Assembly: GCA_963737905.1 (NCBI GenBank)
Contig: CAVTUQ010000002.1
Coordinates: 416,001-480,000 of the forward strand
DNA from: an uncultured delta proteobacterium
GTDB lineage: Bacteria > Desulfobacterota > Binatia > UBA9968
Direction: 5' to 3'
DNA: 64,000 nucleotides
Shown: piece after piece, positions 39,057 to 48,496 of the stretch
Layout: the number at the start of each line of letters is the position of its first letter
How positions within the stretch are numbered: position 1 is the first letter of the stretch
Notes under the pieces: model-generated
What the model was told of the DNA's origin: nothing
The model's input: only the letters and a program-made list of their open reading frames with translations
Database searches by the model: none
Program-made: the position numbers and the translations under genes

Positions 39057-40466
39057 ATGAACCGTAGAGAATTTCTACAGCTGACGGGTGTGTCCGCATT
39101 GTCCGGCCTGTCTTTCCTTTCCGGCTGCGCGGCTTTGGTCGACCGTACCGTTGGGTCTTCGACTTCGGCTGCCAACCAGGTTGACGACGCCGCACGCTTT
39201 TCCCTGCGGATCGCGCCGGTCAAACTCGATCTTTCGCCTAAGCAAACAATCCAGACGATCGGCTACAACGGTAGTGCGCCCGGGCCTTTGCTGCGCGTAA
39301 AAGAAGGTCAGCAGGTCATTGTCGACGTAAAAAACGACACCGACGTTCCCGAGCTGGTGCATTGGCATGGACTTTACGTGCCTTCGGAAGTGGACGGCGC
39401 GATGGAAGAAGGCACGCCGATGGTTCCCGCTGGAGGATCGCGCCAATATGCTTTCACCGCGCAGCCGAGTGGAACCCGCTGGTATCACACCCATGCCTTC
39501 GCCGGCAAAGATCTGCGCCGTAGCCTGTACTCCGGACAATTTGGTTTTTTCTACATCGAGCCTAAAAACATTCCAGGCAATTACGATCAAGAAGTTTTTC
39601 TCGCGGCCCATCAGTGGGAGCCGGAATTCGTCAGCATGCAGGACATAAGAAAAGGACCGCCACCGGACAACGGCCTGGAAGTCATGTATCGCGCCGCCTC
39701 CATCAATGACAAAGCCCTCGGTCATGGCGAGCCGATCCGGGTAAAAACCGGCGCCCGCGTTCTATTTCATCTGCTCAATGCCAGCGCCACCGATGATGTT
39801 CACCTGGCCCTGCCTGGCCATGATTTTCGAGTCATTACGCTCGACGGCAACTCCGTCCCAAATCCTCGCACCGTTCCTGTCCTGACCCTCGCTCCCGCTG
39901 AAAGAATCGACGCCATCGTCGAGATGAAACAACCCGGAGTGTGGATTTTAGGCGCGGTTGAAGACAGCATGCGGGAAATGGGCATGGGCGTGGTCATCGA
40001 ATACGCAGGACAGAGCGGCGCGCCACAGTGGTCAAAACCGCAATCGAGCGCTTGGGACTATACCGACTTCGGCACCAACAACGCGCATGCAGAACCGGAT
40101 CAGCGCATCAATCTGGTCTTTGAAAAAATCCTCGGCGGCCACGGCGGGTTTAATCGCTGGACCATCAACGGAAAATCCTGGCCGGATGTTGATCCACTGA
40201 TAGTAAAGGAGGGGCAACGCTACCGAATCACGTTGGACAATCGGAGCGGCGACGATCATCCCGTCCACTTCCACCGCCATACTTTTGAGTTGACTCGGAT
40301 CGGCGGAAAGACGACGGCAGGGATTCTTAAAGACACGGTCAATGTGCCGCGTCGCCAAAGCGTCGAAATCGATTTCGTCACCGATGATCCCGGCCTCACC
40401 TTGTATCATTGCCACATGCAGCTTCACATGGATTTCGGCTTTATGGGGCTGCTGAAGTATGCGTGA
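39057..40466 (+). CDS. Tat-exported three-domain multicopper oxidase
   Basis: MNRREFL twin-arginine signal with LSGC lipobox; HWHG, WYHTH, HPVHFH and HCHMQLHM copper motifs. Confidence 0.93.
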   Translation: MNRREFLQLTGVSALSGLSFLSGCAALVDRTVGSSTSAANQVDDAARFSLRIAPVKLDLSPKQTIQTIGYNGSAPGPLLRVKEGQQVIVDVKNDTDVPELVHWHGLYVPSEVDGAMEEGTPMVPAGGSRQYAFTAQPSGTRWYHTHAFAGKDLRRSLYSGQFGFFYIEPKNIPGNYDQEVFLAAHQWEPEFVSMQDIRKGPPPDNGLEVMYRAASINDKALGHGEPIRVKTGARVLFHLLNASATDDVHLALPGHDFRVITLDGNSVPNPRTVPVLTLAPAERIDAIVEMKQPGVWILGAVEDSMREMGMGVVIEYAGQSGAPQWSKPQSSAWDYTDFGTNNAHAEPDQRINLVFEKILGGHGGFNRWTINGKSWPDVDPLIVKEGQRYRITLDNRSGDDHPVHFHRHTFELTRIGGKTTAGILKDTVNVPRRQSVEIDFVTDDPGLTLYHCHMQLHMDFGFMGLLKYA

Positions 40467-41301
40467 AGGACGAGTACCTAACTGGCAACCAAACAAAAAC
40501 TTTATGGCTAAAGGGCTGCTGCTTTCTCTAATCTCATGGATGATATTGGCGCAGCGCGCATGGGCCGGCCCGCCGTTTACCACCGATGATCCCGAACCGG
40601 TCGAATATCGCCATTGGGAAATCTACGTCGCTTCACAACTCGAACACGACAAAGACGGCTGGTCAGGCACCTCGCCTCACTTCGAGGTGAACTACGGAGC
40701 GATTACAAACTTACAACTCCATCTGATCGCCCCTGTCTCGTTTACAGCGCCGTCTCATGAAGCCACACGCGTTGGCTATGGCGACACAGAGCTTGGAGTA
40801 AAGTATCGTTTCTTCGAAGAGACGGACCATCTTCCACAGGTTGGTGTTTTTCCGCTAATCGAACTCCCCACCGGCAGCAGGGAGCGCGGATTAGGCAGTG
40901 GACATACGCAGGCCTTTCTTCCGCTATGGTTGCAGAAGAGTTTTGGTCCGTGGACCACCTACGGCGGAGGCGGCTATTGGATCAATCCGGGAAAAGGCAA
41001 CCGCGACTGGTGGTTTACCGGCTGGCTTTTGCAGCGCGAAATAACGCCGGCCCTCACCCTGGGCGCGGAAATATTTCACGAGACGCCAAGCGAAAAAGCC
41101 GGTGATTCCGATATGAGGCTCAACTTTGGCGGGTTCTATAATTTCAGCGACACGTATCATCTCTTGTTCTCTGCTGGCCACACGATTCAAGGCCCGAGCA
41201 CGTTTCAAAGTTATCTAGCCTTCCAAATAACGTTCAGTGCGGAGAAAGAATTAGCCAAAAAAGGAGGAATAGACAATGAACTTAGTGCGTCAGACAATTA
41301 G
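40459..41301 (+). CDS. Putative outer-membrane beta-barrel (MetA/phenol-degradation-like transporter); start may be 40504
   Basis: Signal peptide ending AWA-GPPFTTDDPEP, GDTELGVKYRF, alternating aromatic beta-strands. Confidence 0.7.
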   Translation: MREGRVPNWQPNKNFMAKGLLLSLISWMILAQRAWAGPPFTTDDPEPVEYRHWEIYVASQLEHDKDGWSGTSPHFEVNYGAITNLQLHLIAPVSFTAPSHEATRVGYGDTELGVKYRFFEETDHLPQVGVFPLIELPTGSRERGLGSGHTQAFLPLWLQKSFGPWTTYGGGGYWINPGKGNRDWWFTGWLLQREITPALTLGAEIFHETPSEKAGDSDMRLNFGGFYNFSDTYHLLFSAGHTIQGPSTFQSYLAFQITFSAEKELAKKGGIDNELSASDN

Positions 41302-41399
41302 GGCTTTACAAAAGCTATCTGGCTGGAAATCTCTATGTCAACGTGTATAGTGCTGCGCATAAGGGTGGCGAGATACGAGCGCAGCTGAGTCCCAAGTAA
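41276..41399 (+). pseudogene. CHRD-domain protein remnant with an internal deletion
   Basis: Strong RBS AAGGAGG and ATG (MNLVRQTIRA), then out of frame YKSYLAGNLYVNVYSAAHKGGEIRAQLSPK*, the CHRD C-terminal signature. Confidence 0.65.
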
Positions 41400-41496
41400 G
41401 TCCTTTAGTGTTTTTCTATTATGCCAGGCGTCTTGACTCCCTTTTCTTCCTCTGTTTTAGATCTAGAGAGGTCAGTTAGCTAGGGAGGGATGCGCA

Positions 41497-41916
41497 ATGG
41501 CCGCATGCTTTCGCTACATTGTTAATGATGTGAATACCGCGATCGATTTCTATACGAAACAGTTGGGATTCAATCTGGAGATGCATCCGGCCCCTCCCTT
41601 CGCCGAGATCTCCCGAGGGGATATGCACATTTATCTGACGCAGCCTTTCCGCGCGGGGGGCGGTGCACCCATGCCTTCTGGCGAACAGCAAAAGCCCGGC
41701 GGCTGGAATCGCATTCATCTCATCGTCGAAGATTTGGACGCCACCATCGTGAAGCTCAAAGAAGCCGGCTGCCACTTCCGCAACGAGGTGGTCCAAGGCG
41801 TCGGCGGTAAGCAAATTCTTCTGGAAGACCCTTCTGGCAATCTCGTTGAGCTCTTCCAACCAAACACACCGGAATACCGCGCGCCGGGCTCAGGCAATAA
41901 AGCCGAAAGTCGCTGA
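41497..41916 (+). CDS. VOC family protein
   Basis: RYIV.DV..AIDFY...LGF, PGGWNRIHL.V.DL and EDPSGNLVELFQ motifs. Confidence 0.88.
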   Translation: MAACFRYIVNDVNTAIDFYTKQLGFNLEMHPAPPFAEISRGDMHIYLTQPFRAGGGAPMPSGEQQKPGGWNRIHLIVEDLDATIVKLKEAGCHFRNEVVQGVGGKQILLEDPSGNLVELFQPNTPEYRAPGSGNKAESR

Positions 41917-42021
41917 GTCGCGCTCGGCTCAAAAACTCTCGGATTCATTCTCTGCGAAGTTCTCGAACGCTCGTCTAGCGAGCCGGGGACTCAAATCCAA
42001 AACACCTCCAGTGCCCCTGGC

Positions 42022-42906
42022 TTAAGCACGAGCCTGCGCCTCGCCCGTCGCGGTGGGCGCGCTCTCGCGAACCTCGAATCTCCGGACAGATGCAACGGCT
42101 GCAAGTCCAGCGGCGATCAACGTGACGAGTAGGCCGCCCAAGGCAGTTGCGCCGACAGCGCCGATTACCGAAGCTAGGGCGCCCGCTTCGAACTGTCCGA
42201 GCTGGGGACCCGTATTCGTAAACATACTGTTCACGCTCGTGACGCGGCCCCGAATCTCGTCGGGCGTTAAGAGCTGATTGATCGTGTTCCGTAGAACGAA
42301 GCTTATCGTGTTGGCCGCGCCCGCGGCCGCGAGCATCAGGAACGATAACCAGAAGAAGGGAGAGAGACCGAAAACCGTCGTAAAGATCCCATACGCGCTT
42401 ACGCTTACAAGAACCCACGTTCCGGCTCGCCGCACTTGGCTCCGCACGCTCATCACTGTTGCCATGGCGAGGGCTCCCGCCGAGGTCGCTGAATAAAGTA
42501 GCCCGAGGCCCTGGGGTCCGACGCCGAGGATGTCCCGTGCGTAGATCGGGAGCAGGGCTCGACCGCTCCCGAAGAAGTTCTGGCTAAAATCCAACGCCAT
42601 CATGGACAAAATTATCGGATGCATCCACACGAACGCCACCCCTCGCGCAGAGCCTGCATGGAGACAGCGCTGCGCCCGCCGGCTGCCTGGGGAAGGGGCC
42701 GCATCATGGCTAGAGCGGCAAGCATCGCGAGCCACGATACAGCGTCAACCGCGTAGCAAAGCATGGGTCCACTGTGAGCGAGCAGCAGGCCCGCCAGAGA
42801 GGGACCAACGATGGTTGCCACGTGGCGCTGCGTGCCACTCAGGGCGAGCGCATTGGCCAGATCGCTCCGAGGGACGAGGTTCGGGATAATCGCGGTCCGC
42901 GCCGGC
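42022..42906 (-). pseudogene. MFS transporter (EntS/DHA3-like), C-terminal two-thirds only, frameshifted near 42640
   Basis: PARTAIIPNLVP..DLANA, GPSLAG, LLPIYARDILGVG and RGRVTSVN; N-terminus missing. Confidence 0.75.
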
Positions 42907-43713
42907 GTTGCGGGCTACAGAAAGGATTCCCGCAGAAGCGGCACGTTCGTCGGGATCAACGACCACCATTGTGTACGACTGGCGCGTCGGCACATCGAGC
43001 TGCGAGAGCAGATTACGAGCTAGCAGCATCACAACCGCCAGTTCGAGGTTCGGCATCAGGGGTATCAGGAGAAGTAATATGTTCGACGGCAGGTGTGTGA
43101 AGACCATAGTGTTCAGGAGTCCGAAACGCCGGGCGATCGCGGGCGCGGCGAGGAAGGAGAGGGCGGCCAAGAGATTGGTGCCAAAAAAGATACCGCCCAA
43201 GGCATTGAGATCGGTTTTATAGCGGAGATAGAACCAATAGGCGACGATACTTTGCACGATGAAGCCACCGGCGAAGGCATCCAAGGCGAAAAGTCCTGCC
43301 AGCTTCGCCACGACCCTACGGGATCTTTGCACGCCGACCATCGGGGTTTCCGAAACAGTTTTGGTTCTCGCTTCAATGGTCGATGATAGGAAGCCAAAGA
43401 GAATCATCATCACGACGGCGCAAATAACGTAACTGCCCATCAAAAACCGGTAACCCGTGACTTGCGGAAGTGAAAACAATGATGGTAACCCGACGGCCAA
43501 TGCACCCATAGCTCCGAACAGCGAGCCGACGAGATTGTAGGCGGAAAAGACGGCGGTTCGCTGTTGATCTTGAGTTGTCTGCGGGAGAATCGCTTGTTCG
43601 ATGGAGAGAAAGGGTCCGACTTCTTTTCCAGAAGGATTGATCGTGCCAAAGATAGCGGCGACTGCAAGAAAAATCGGATTAGTACTTACAGCAAAGACCC
43701 ATCCCGCAATAGC
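42897..43713 (-). pseudogene. A different MFS transporter, internal fragment lacking both ends
   Basis: PSGKEVGPFLSIEQAIL, LFALDAFAGGF, NTMVFTHLPSN and DVPTRQSY; ends abruptly at ARNAGA. Confidence 0.75.
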
Positions 43714-44036
43714 GTGATTAAGGCGCTTAGGCTGAGAACAAGGACATCGAGTTTTAGACTCTTCTGCCTCGCCGACGCTACTTGCTCTCGGTTCGAAAAT
43801 CAAATCGCCGCAGCCACAATTATGGATCGGTGATCAGCTCTTGGAAGTAGAGTCTTCGCCCTCTGTACCCAGACTTTCGGAAAAAATTCCTTCTTCATAC
43901 AGTGTTTCCCTTCTCGATCCCCATCTTCCATGCCAGCACCCGAAAGGATATATTTCGTCATCGCGTTGTTTATTGCCGTCCATCGCGGTTATGTCACTAA
44001 AAGTACACGGTAGAAACAGCCACAACATTTCGATTA

Positions 44037-44066
44037 CGGGAATAAAACGGACGGAGGAGCAGTATT
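44037..44066 (+). promoter_or_regulatory. Putative ECF promoter upstream of the sigma gene (autoregulation)
   Basis: CGGGAATAAA-...-CAGTAT, matching the motifs at 47031 and 47141. Confidence 0.5.
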
Positions 44067-44598
44067 GGTTGTGGAGGAAAAAGACCAACTGGCCCGTTTT
44101 GAGCAAGCCATCTTGCCGCATATGGATGCCGCATATAATTTAGCCCGGTGGCTCACGCGCAATGATCATGATGCAGAAGATATGGTTCAGGAGGCGTATT
44201 TGCGCGCTTTTAAGTTTTTTCACGCTTTCCGTGGTGCGGATGGCCGTGCCTGGCTGCTCACCATTGTCCGCAACACCTGTTATACCTGGCTTCACCAAAA
44301 CCGTGCGCATGAAACAAGCACCATGTTTGACGAAGAAATACACGGCGTTGACAGCGATACCTCAAACCCAGCCATTCTTGTGCTTCGGAGCGCTGACGAT
44401 CAGATTCTCAGAGAAGCTTTGGATGAGTTGCCCGTAGAGTTTCGTGAAGTGGTGGTCTTACGCGATCTGGAGGGCTTTTCTTACAAAGAAATCGCTGGCA
44501 TCGCAAATATTCCAGCGGGCACTGTCATGTCGCGCCTCGCACGTGCTCGAGAGCGGCTCAAACAGTTGGTCTGCGCTCGTCTAAGGGAGAAGCGCTGA
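44065..44598 (+). CDS. ECF RNA polymerase sigma factor
   Basis: Region 2 DAEDMVQEAYLRAF and AWLLTIVRN; region 4 SYKEIA...IPAGTVMSRLARAR. Confidence 0.94.
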   Translation: MVVEEKDQLARFEQAILPHMDAAYNLARWLTRNDHDAEDMVQEAYLRAFKFFHAFRGADGRAWLLTIVRNTCYTWLHQNRAHETSTMFDEEIHGVDSDTSNPAILVLRSADDQILREALDELPVEFREVVVLRDLEGFSYKEIAGIANIPAGTVMSRLARARERLKQLVCARLREKR

Positions 44599-44599
44599 G

Positions 44600-45370
44600 A
44601 TGGACTGTAAAAACGCGCGAATCTTAATTGCCGGCTACCTGGATCATGAGCTCGACCCGGTGCGAACGTTGGAGATCGAAGATCATCTTCATGGGTGCAC
44701 TGTCTGCTCCCAGAGCTACAAAGACCATCAAATCCTTAGCGCGGGTCTTAGAACAGACTCCGCCTATTTCAAGGCCCCAGCCGATCTTCAGAAACGGATC
44801 CAGCGCTCTGTGCGCCAAGCGGCCAAAGCTGAGTCGGCCTCTCGATGGCTGTCCTGGTCGTGGGGTAGGATGGCGGCTCCCTTGGCGGCTGCGGCGCTTG
44901 TGCTATTTACTCTTGTGCCGTTTTTGCGCGGCCCGTCCACAGAGGAGATTCTGGCTCGGGAAGTTGTCTCCAGCCATGTGCGTTCGCTGATGGCTAACCA
45001 CTTAGCCGATGTTTCCTCCACAGACCAGCACACGGTGAAACCGTGGTTCAACGGCAAGTTAGATTTTTCACCGCCGGTGGCAGATCTTGCCAAGCAGGGA
45101 TTTCCGTTGGTGGGCGGCCGCCTCGATTATCTCGACAAAAGGCCCGTGGCGGCATTGATTTATCAGCGGGAAAAGCATCTTATCAATGTCTTTATCTGGC
45201 CTTCTAGCGAAAGCTCCGATTCTGGCATAAAAGCAGAAACGCGGCAGGGTTATCATGTGTATCACTGGACTCGATCCGGCATGACATACTGGGTAGTTTC
45301 CGATCTTGAGCAGAATCAGTTGCAGGAATTTGCCCAACTATTGCAAAATCAATCTCCGACGACGTCATAG
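44600..45370 (+). CDS. Zinc-finger (ZAS) transmembrane anti-sigma factor
   Basis: HLHGCTVC (HxxxCxxC), TM helix, periplasmic HTVKPWFNGKLDFSPPV and GFPLVGGRLDY. Confidence 0.92.
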   Translation: MDCKNARILIAGYLDHELDPVRTLEIEDHLHGCTVCSQSYKDHQILSAGLRTDSAYFKAPADLQKRIQRSVRQAAKAESASRWLSWSWGRMAAPLAAAALVLFTLVPFLRGPSTEEILAREVVSSHVRSLMANHLADVSSTDQHTVKPWFNGKLDFSPPVADLAKQGFPLVGGRLDYLDKRPVAALIYQREKHLINVFIWPSSESSDSGIKAETRQGYHVYHWTRSGMTYWVVSDLEQNQLQEFAQLLQNQSPTTS

Positions 45371-45574
45371 CTTCAAATTACACCGAATGGCCTTCATCAC
45401 GAGGCCCTGTGCTATGACAAACAACCCCAATATACGTACATCTTTGGTCCCGTGGTCCGCGATAAACGAATGGCCAAGGCTAAGCGATGAAGCTAACCTT
45501 AAAACTCGTGAAATGTTTTTTATAATGTGCTCCTTCTTTTCTATTCAGCCTCTGCCCAAGCAGTACCCCCCGCA

Positions 45575-45958
45575 TCACTGGGCACGCACCACCACGCGGC
45601 CGGTCATATAAGGATGGATCGAGCAATTGTAGTCGTAGGTGCCGGGCTGATCGAATCGCCGGCTAAAACGTGCTCCAGGCAGCAAGAGATCGGTGCCCGC
45701 TTTGCCGTCATTGTACTCCAGCCCATGCGGCGCGCCGTCGTCATTGGTCCAGGTGACGCTCTCACCGGGAGCTATCGTGATCTCCGCCGGCGCGAAAGCA
45801 AAGTTGGCGATCGAGACCTTAGCGCCCTCCTTCGCTGGGGTCGCCGCATGCGCTATCTGGGCGCAGACGGCGAGGGTAGGGCCAGTTAAAAGGATGCCCA
45901 TCAAGGCGCACAACGGCCATAAAGGCTTTCGAATTCGCATATTCCGTGTTGTAAACAT
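45575..45958 (-). CDS. Exported type-1 blue copper protein (amicyanin/plastocyanin-like)
   Basis: Signal peptide, V.WTN.D..PH and short C-S-I-H-P-Y-M ligand loop. Confidence 0.88.
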   Translation of the reverse strand: MFTTRNMRIRKPLWPLCALMGILLTGPTLAVCAQIAHAATPAKEGAKVSIANFAFAPAEITIAPGESVTWTNDDGAPHGLEYNDGKAGTDLLLPGARFSRRFDQPGTYDYNCSIHPYMTGRVVVRAQ

Positions 45959-45962
45959 GCGA

Positions 45963-46988
45963 TTATCTCCCAGCGGTCGCCGCGGTTCGCTGCACGACGA
46001 CCCTGCGTGGCGCGTTGCCGACCGCAATCGTCGCAGTCCGGCCCGTTGCGAGATCGACGACGGTGACATCGTTCGAGCCCTCATTGGTTACGTAGGCCGT
46101 CTTACCATCGCCGGAGGCGGCCGCCCAGTTCGGCTGTTTGCCGACCGCGACGGTGCGCGCCGGCTGGTTCGTCGCCGGGTCGAACAAGAGCAGCTCCCCC
46201 GGCCCCTGCACGACGACCATGCCGAACGCCGAGCCACGCGGGTAACTAACGAAATGGGGCGATACGCCCGTCGGAATCTCCGCCACGATCTTATCGGAGG
46301 CCGGATCGAGCACCTGGACTGAACTGACTCCGGCTTGGGTAAAGTAGAACAACTTGCCGTCGTAAGCGAACTCCCCGTCGCGCGGTGTCTTCTCGAGCGA
46401 CAGCGTACGAACCACGCTGCGCTTATTCAGGTCGATGAGGGCGAGCTCGAAGTGGCCCGGTTCTTGCCCCGTAACGTACGCGAGCTTGCCGTCGGGGCTG
46501 ATCGCAATGGTATGCGGCTTGGGCACCGCGACCGTGGCAACCACGGTCTGTGTCGAGGTATCGACGAAGGCGATACGGTTCTCGCCGTATACGGTGACCA
46601 GCAGCAACCGGTTGTCGGGGGTGAGCGCCACGCCGTTCGGCGCCTTGCCAACGTCGATCGTCTTTACGACTTTGTCAGTGGCCGTGTCGATGACGTCGAG
46701 CGACGAAGATCCGTCGCCGCTTACATAGACAGTGCGTCCGTCCTGCGTTATTGCCATGCCGTGCGGACCTCTGGCGACCGGAACGGTCGCGACGACCTTG
46801 CCAGCATCGGTATCGATCACGCTCACCGTGTTGTCTTTGAAATTGCCCACATAGGCCTTGGCCGGCTGGGTCGGGGCGGCGGCCGGCTGCATCATCTGGG
46901 TACAGGCAGCCAGCGCGAGGAAGCTAACCCCCATCAAGGCACCTAGCCACCGAAACCCGTTAGCGATCTGTATATGATGCGTTATCAT
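45963..46988 (-). CDS. YVTN/YncE-family beta-propeller lipoprotein
   Basis: LAAC lipobox; about seven repeats of P.G.A..PDG..YV and V.VID..T..VVATI.VG. Confidence 0.88.
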   Translation of the reverse strand: MITHHIQIANGFRWLGALMGVSFLALAACTQMMQPAAAPTQPAKAYVGNFKDNTVSVIDTDAGKVVATVPVARGPHGMAITQDGRTVYVSGDGSSSLDVIDTATDKVVKTIDVGKAPNGVALTPDNRLLLVTVYGENRIAFVDTSTQTVVATVAVPKPHTIAISPDGKLAYVTGQEPGHFELALIDLNKRSVVRTLSLEKTPRDGEFAYDGKLFYFTQAGVSSVQVLDPASDKIVAEIPTGVSPHFVSYPRGSAFGMVVVQGPGELLLFDPATNQPARTVAVGKQPNWAAASGDGKTAYVTNEGSNDVTVVDLATGRTATIAVGNAPRRVVVQRTAATAGR

Positions 46989-47030
46989 TTTTTAGTACCT
47001 CCTTATAAAAGGGTCTTCTGCATATCTGTA

Positions 47031-47059
47031 TGACTCTTTCATTTGAATAAATATTCCCG
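47031..47059 (-). promoter_or_regulatory. Putative ECF promoter, copy 1
   Basis: Minus strand CGGGAATATTTATTCAAATGAAAGAGTCA(TA). Confidence 0.6.
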
Positions 47060-47140
47060 TGGGGAAGTGGCTGGGCTCTCCTTAGAGCTCTGCTGACGAA
47101 CGAGAATTATTCGTGTTAGCGTCGGTCCCTTCCAATCTTA

Positions 47141-47168
47141 TGACTGTTTCAATCTGAGTTTATTCCCG
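47141..47168 (-). promoter_or_regulatory. Putative ECF promoter, copy 2
   Basis: Minus strand CGGGAATAAACTCAGATTGAAACAGTCA(TA). Confidence 0.6.
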
Positions 47169-47258
47169 AAAACTAATCTCCGACTCGTCACGGCGGTGTC
47201 CCGGGGATCGGTGCCCACCAGAGGCAACAGGTTACTGCCTGTTGAAAGAAAGCCTGGC

Positions 47259-47513
47259 TTAGAACCGAAACGAAACTTATGCTCGCGTTGCTGCAGGATG
47301 CTATCGCCTGCTTTCAAACGTTTGTCTGTGCAACGGGCAACCGGCAGAAGAAATGGTTCCTGGAAACGGAGGAATGGTTAACGAACAGGGTAACGAGTGG
47401 ATATTTTTTTCGAGAATATCTGTGACACTCTGGGGATTAGTCCCTCATTATCTTCGGGAAGGGCAAATTTTTTGGAAAACGCCAGCGCCTCGTGAAAGGC
47501 GTCGCCGGCGTTA
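47259..47513 (+). pseudogene. Frameshifted remnant of a small conserved hypothetical protein
   Basis: Across frames: KLMLALLQDAIACFQ...WFLETEEW...EWIF.FENICDTLGI.P.YLREG..W. Confidence 0.55.
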
Positions 47514-47659
47514 GTTAGCACCCCAGGCGCCACTACGTTGAATCCCGCTGGTGAAAATCACGAAGAAGAGAAGAATGGCCAAACAACGATTCGACAGTCG
47601 AAGAGCGCTAACTGCGTGAAGACTCAATCGTTCGGCGCGTTGAACGTAGCAGGCAAGTC

Positions 47660-48407
47660 TTAGCTGCGAGACCCGCTGCTCATCGCGTTCAGACGTCCGC
47701 CATCCACCGGCAGAATAGCGTTGGTAATATAGCTTGCTTTGTCGGACGCTAGGAAAACCGCGGCTTCGGCGACGTCTTCCGGTTGGCCGATACGGCGCAA
47801 AGGAATCATGTCGTATTCCGGGCTTGCGATTCCCCATATCCTTTTGACCCATCGGCGTGCCGACGATCCCGGAGATAATCCCATTCACTCTGATATTGTA
47901 AGACGCAAGATCGACCGCCGCTTGGCGGGTGAGCGAATTGATCCCGCCTTTGGATACCGAATAGGCCGCGCCGCCGGGGCTCGACCTCTCGCCAGAGCCA
48001 GCGGAGATGTTGATGATTACTCCGCCTCTTTGTTCTCTCATCATCTTGCCGGCGTGCTGAATGCAGAGAAAGTAGCCGGTTAAATTAACGGTCATGATGC
48101 GGTTCCATTCCTCAAGGGATACGTCCAACACGCCACCGCTTGCGGAGTGAGCCACGCTATTAACCAAGACACCGAGTTGTCCATGTTGTCTGCGAATATG
48201 ATCGAACATAGCTGCCACTTGTGCAGGATGAGCAACGTCAGCCGCAAAATAATCGCCACGAATTTCTTTAGCGATCTTCTTGGCGTCTTCTTCATGGCGA
48301 GAATGCACGATCACCTTGGCGCCTTCGCGAGCGAAGGCGCGCGCAATGCCCAGTCCAATGTTATGAGTCGAGCCCGTAACCAGGGCAACTTTGTCCTTTA
48401 GCAACAT
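47660..48407 (-). CDS. SDR family oxidoreductase; one-base frameshift near 47820
   Basis: [13 protein letters not shown] and NIRVN; the true C-terminus [13 protein letters not shown]...VDGG is in the next frame and ends at 47660. Confidence 0.9.
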
Positions 48408-48496
48408 AAAGTATACCTTCTCTCCCCGTCTCTCAGTGTCCCACTTTCTGTCTTTCCGCTAAGTCTGACTAAGGCGACCCAAGCTGAAATTGGGTT

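Noticed and set aside
45370-45530. Possible cupin-like gene remnant on the minus strand after the cupredoxin
   Set aside because: An RBS-like AGGAG is present but there is no ATG, and the similarity is too weak to support.
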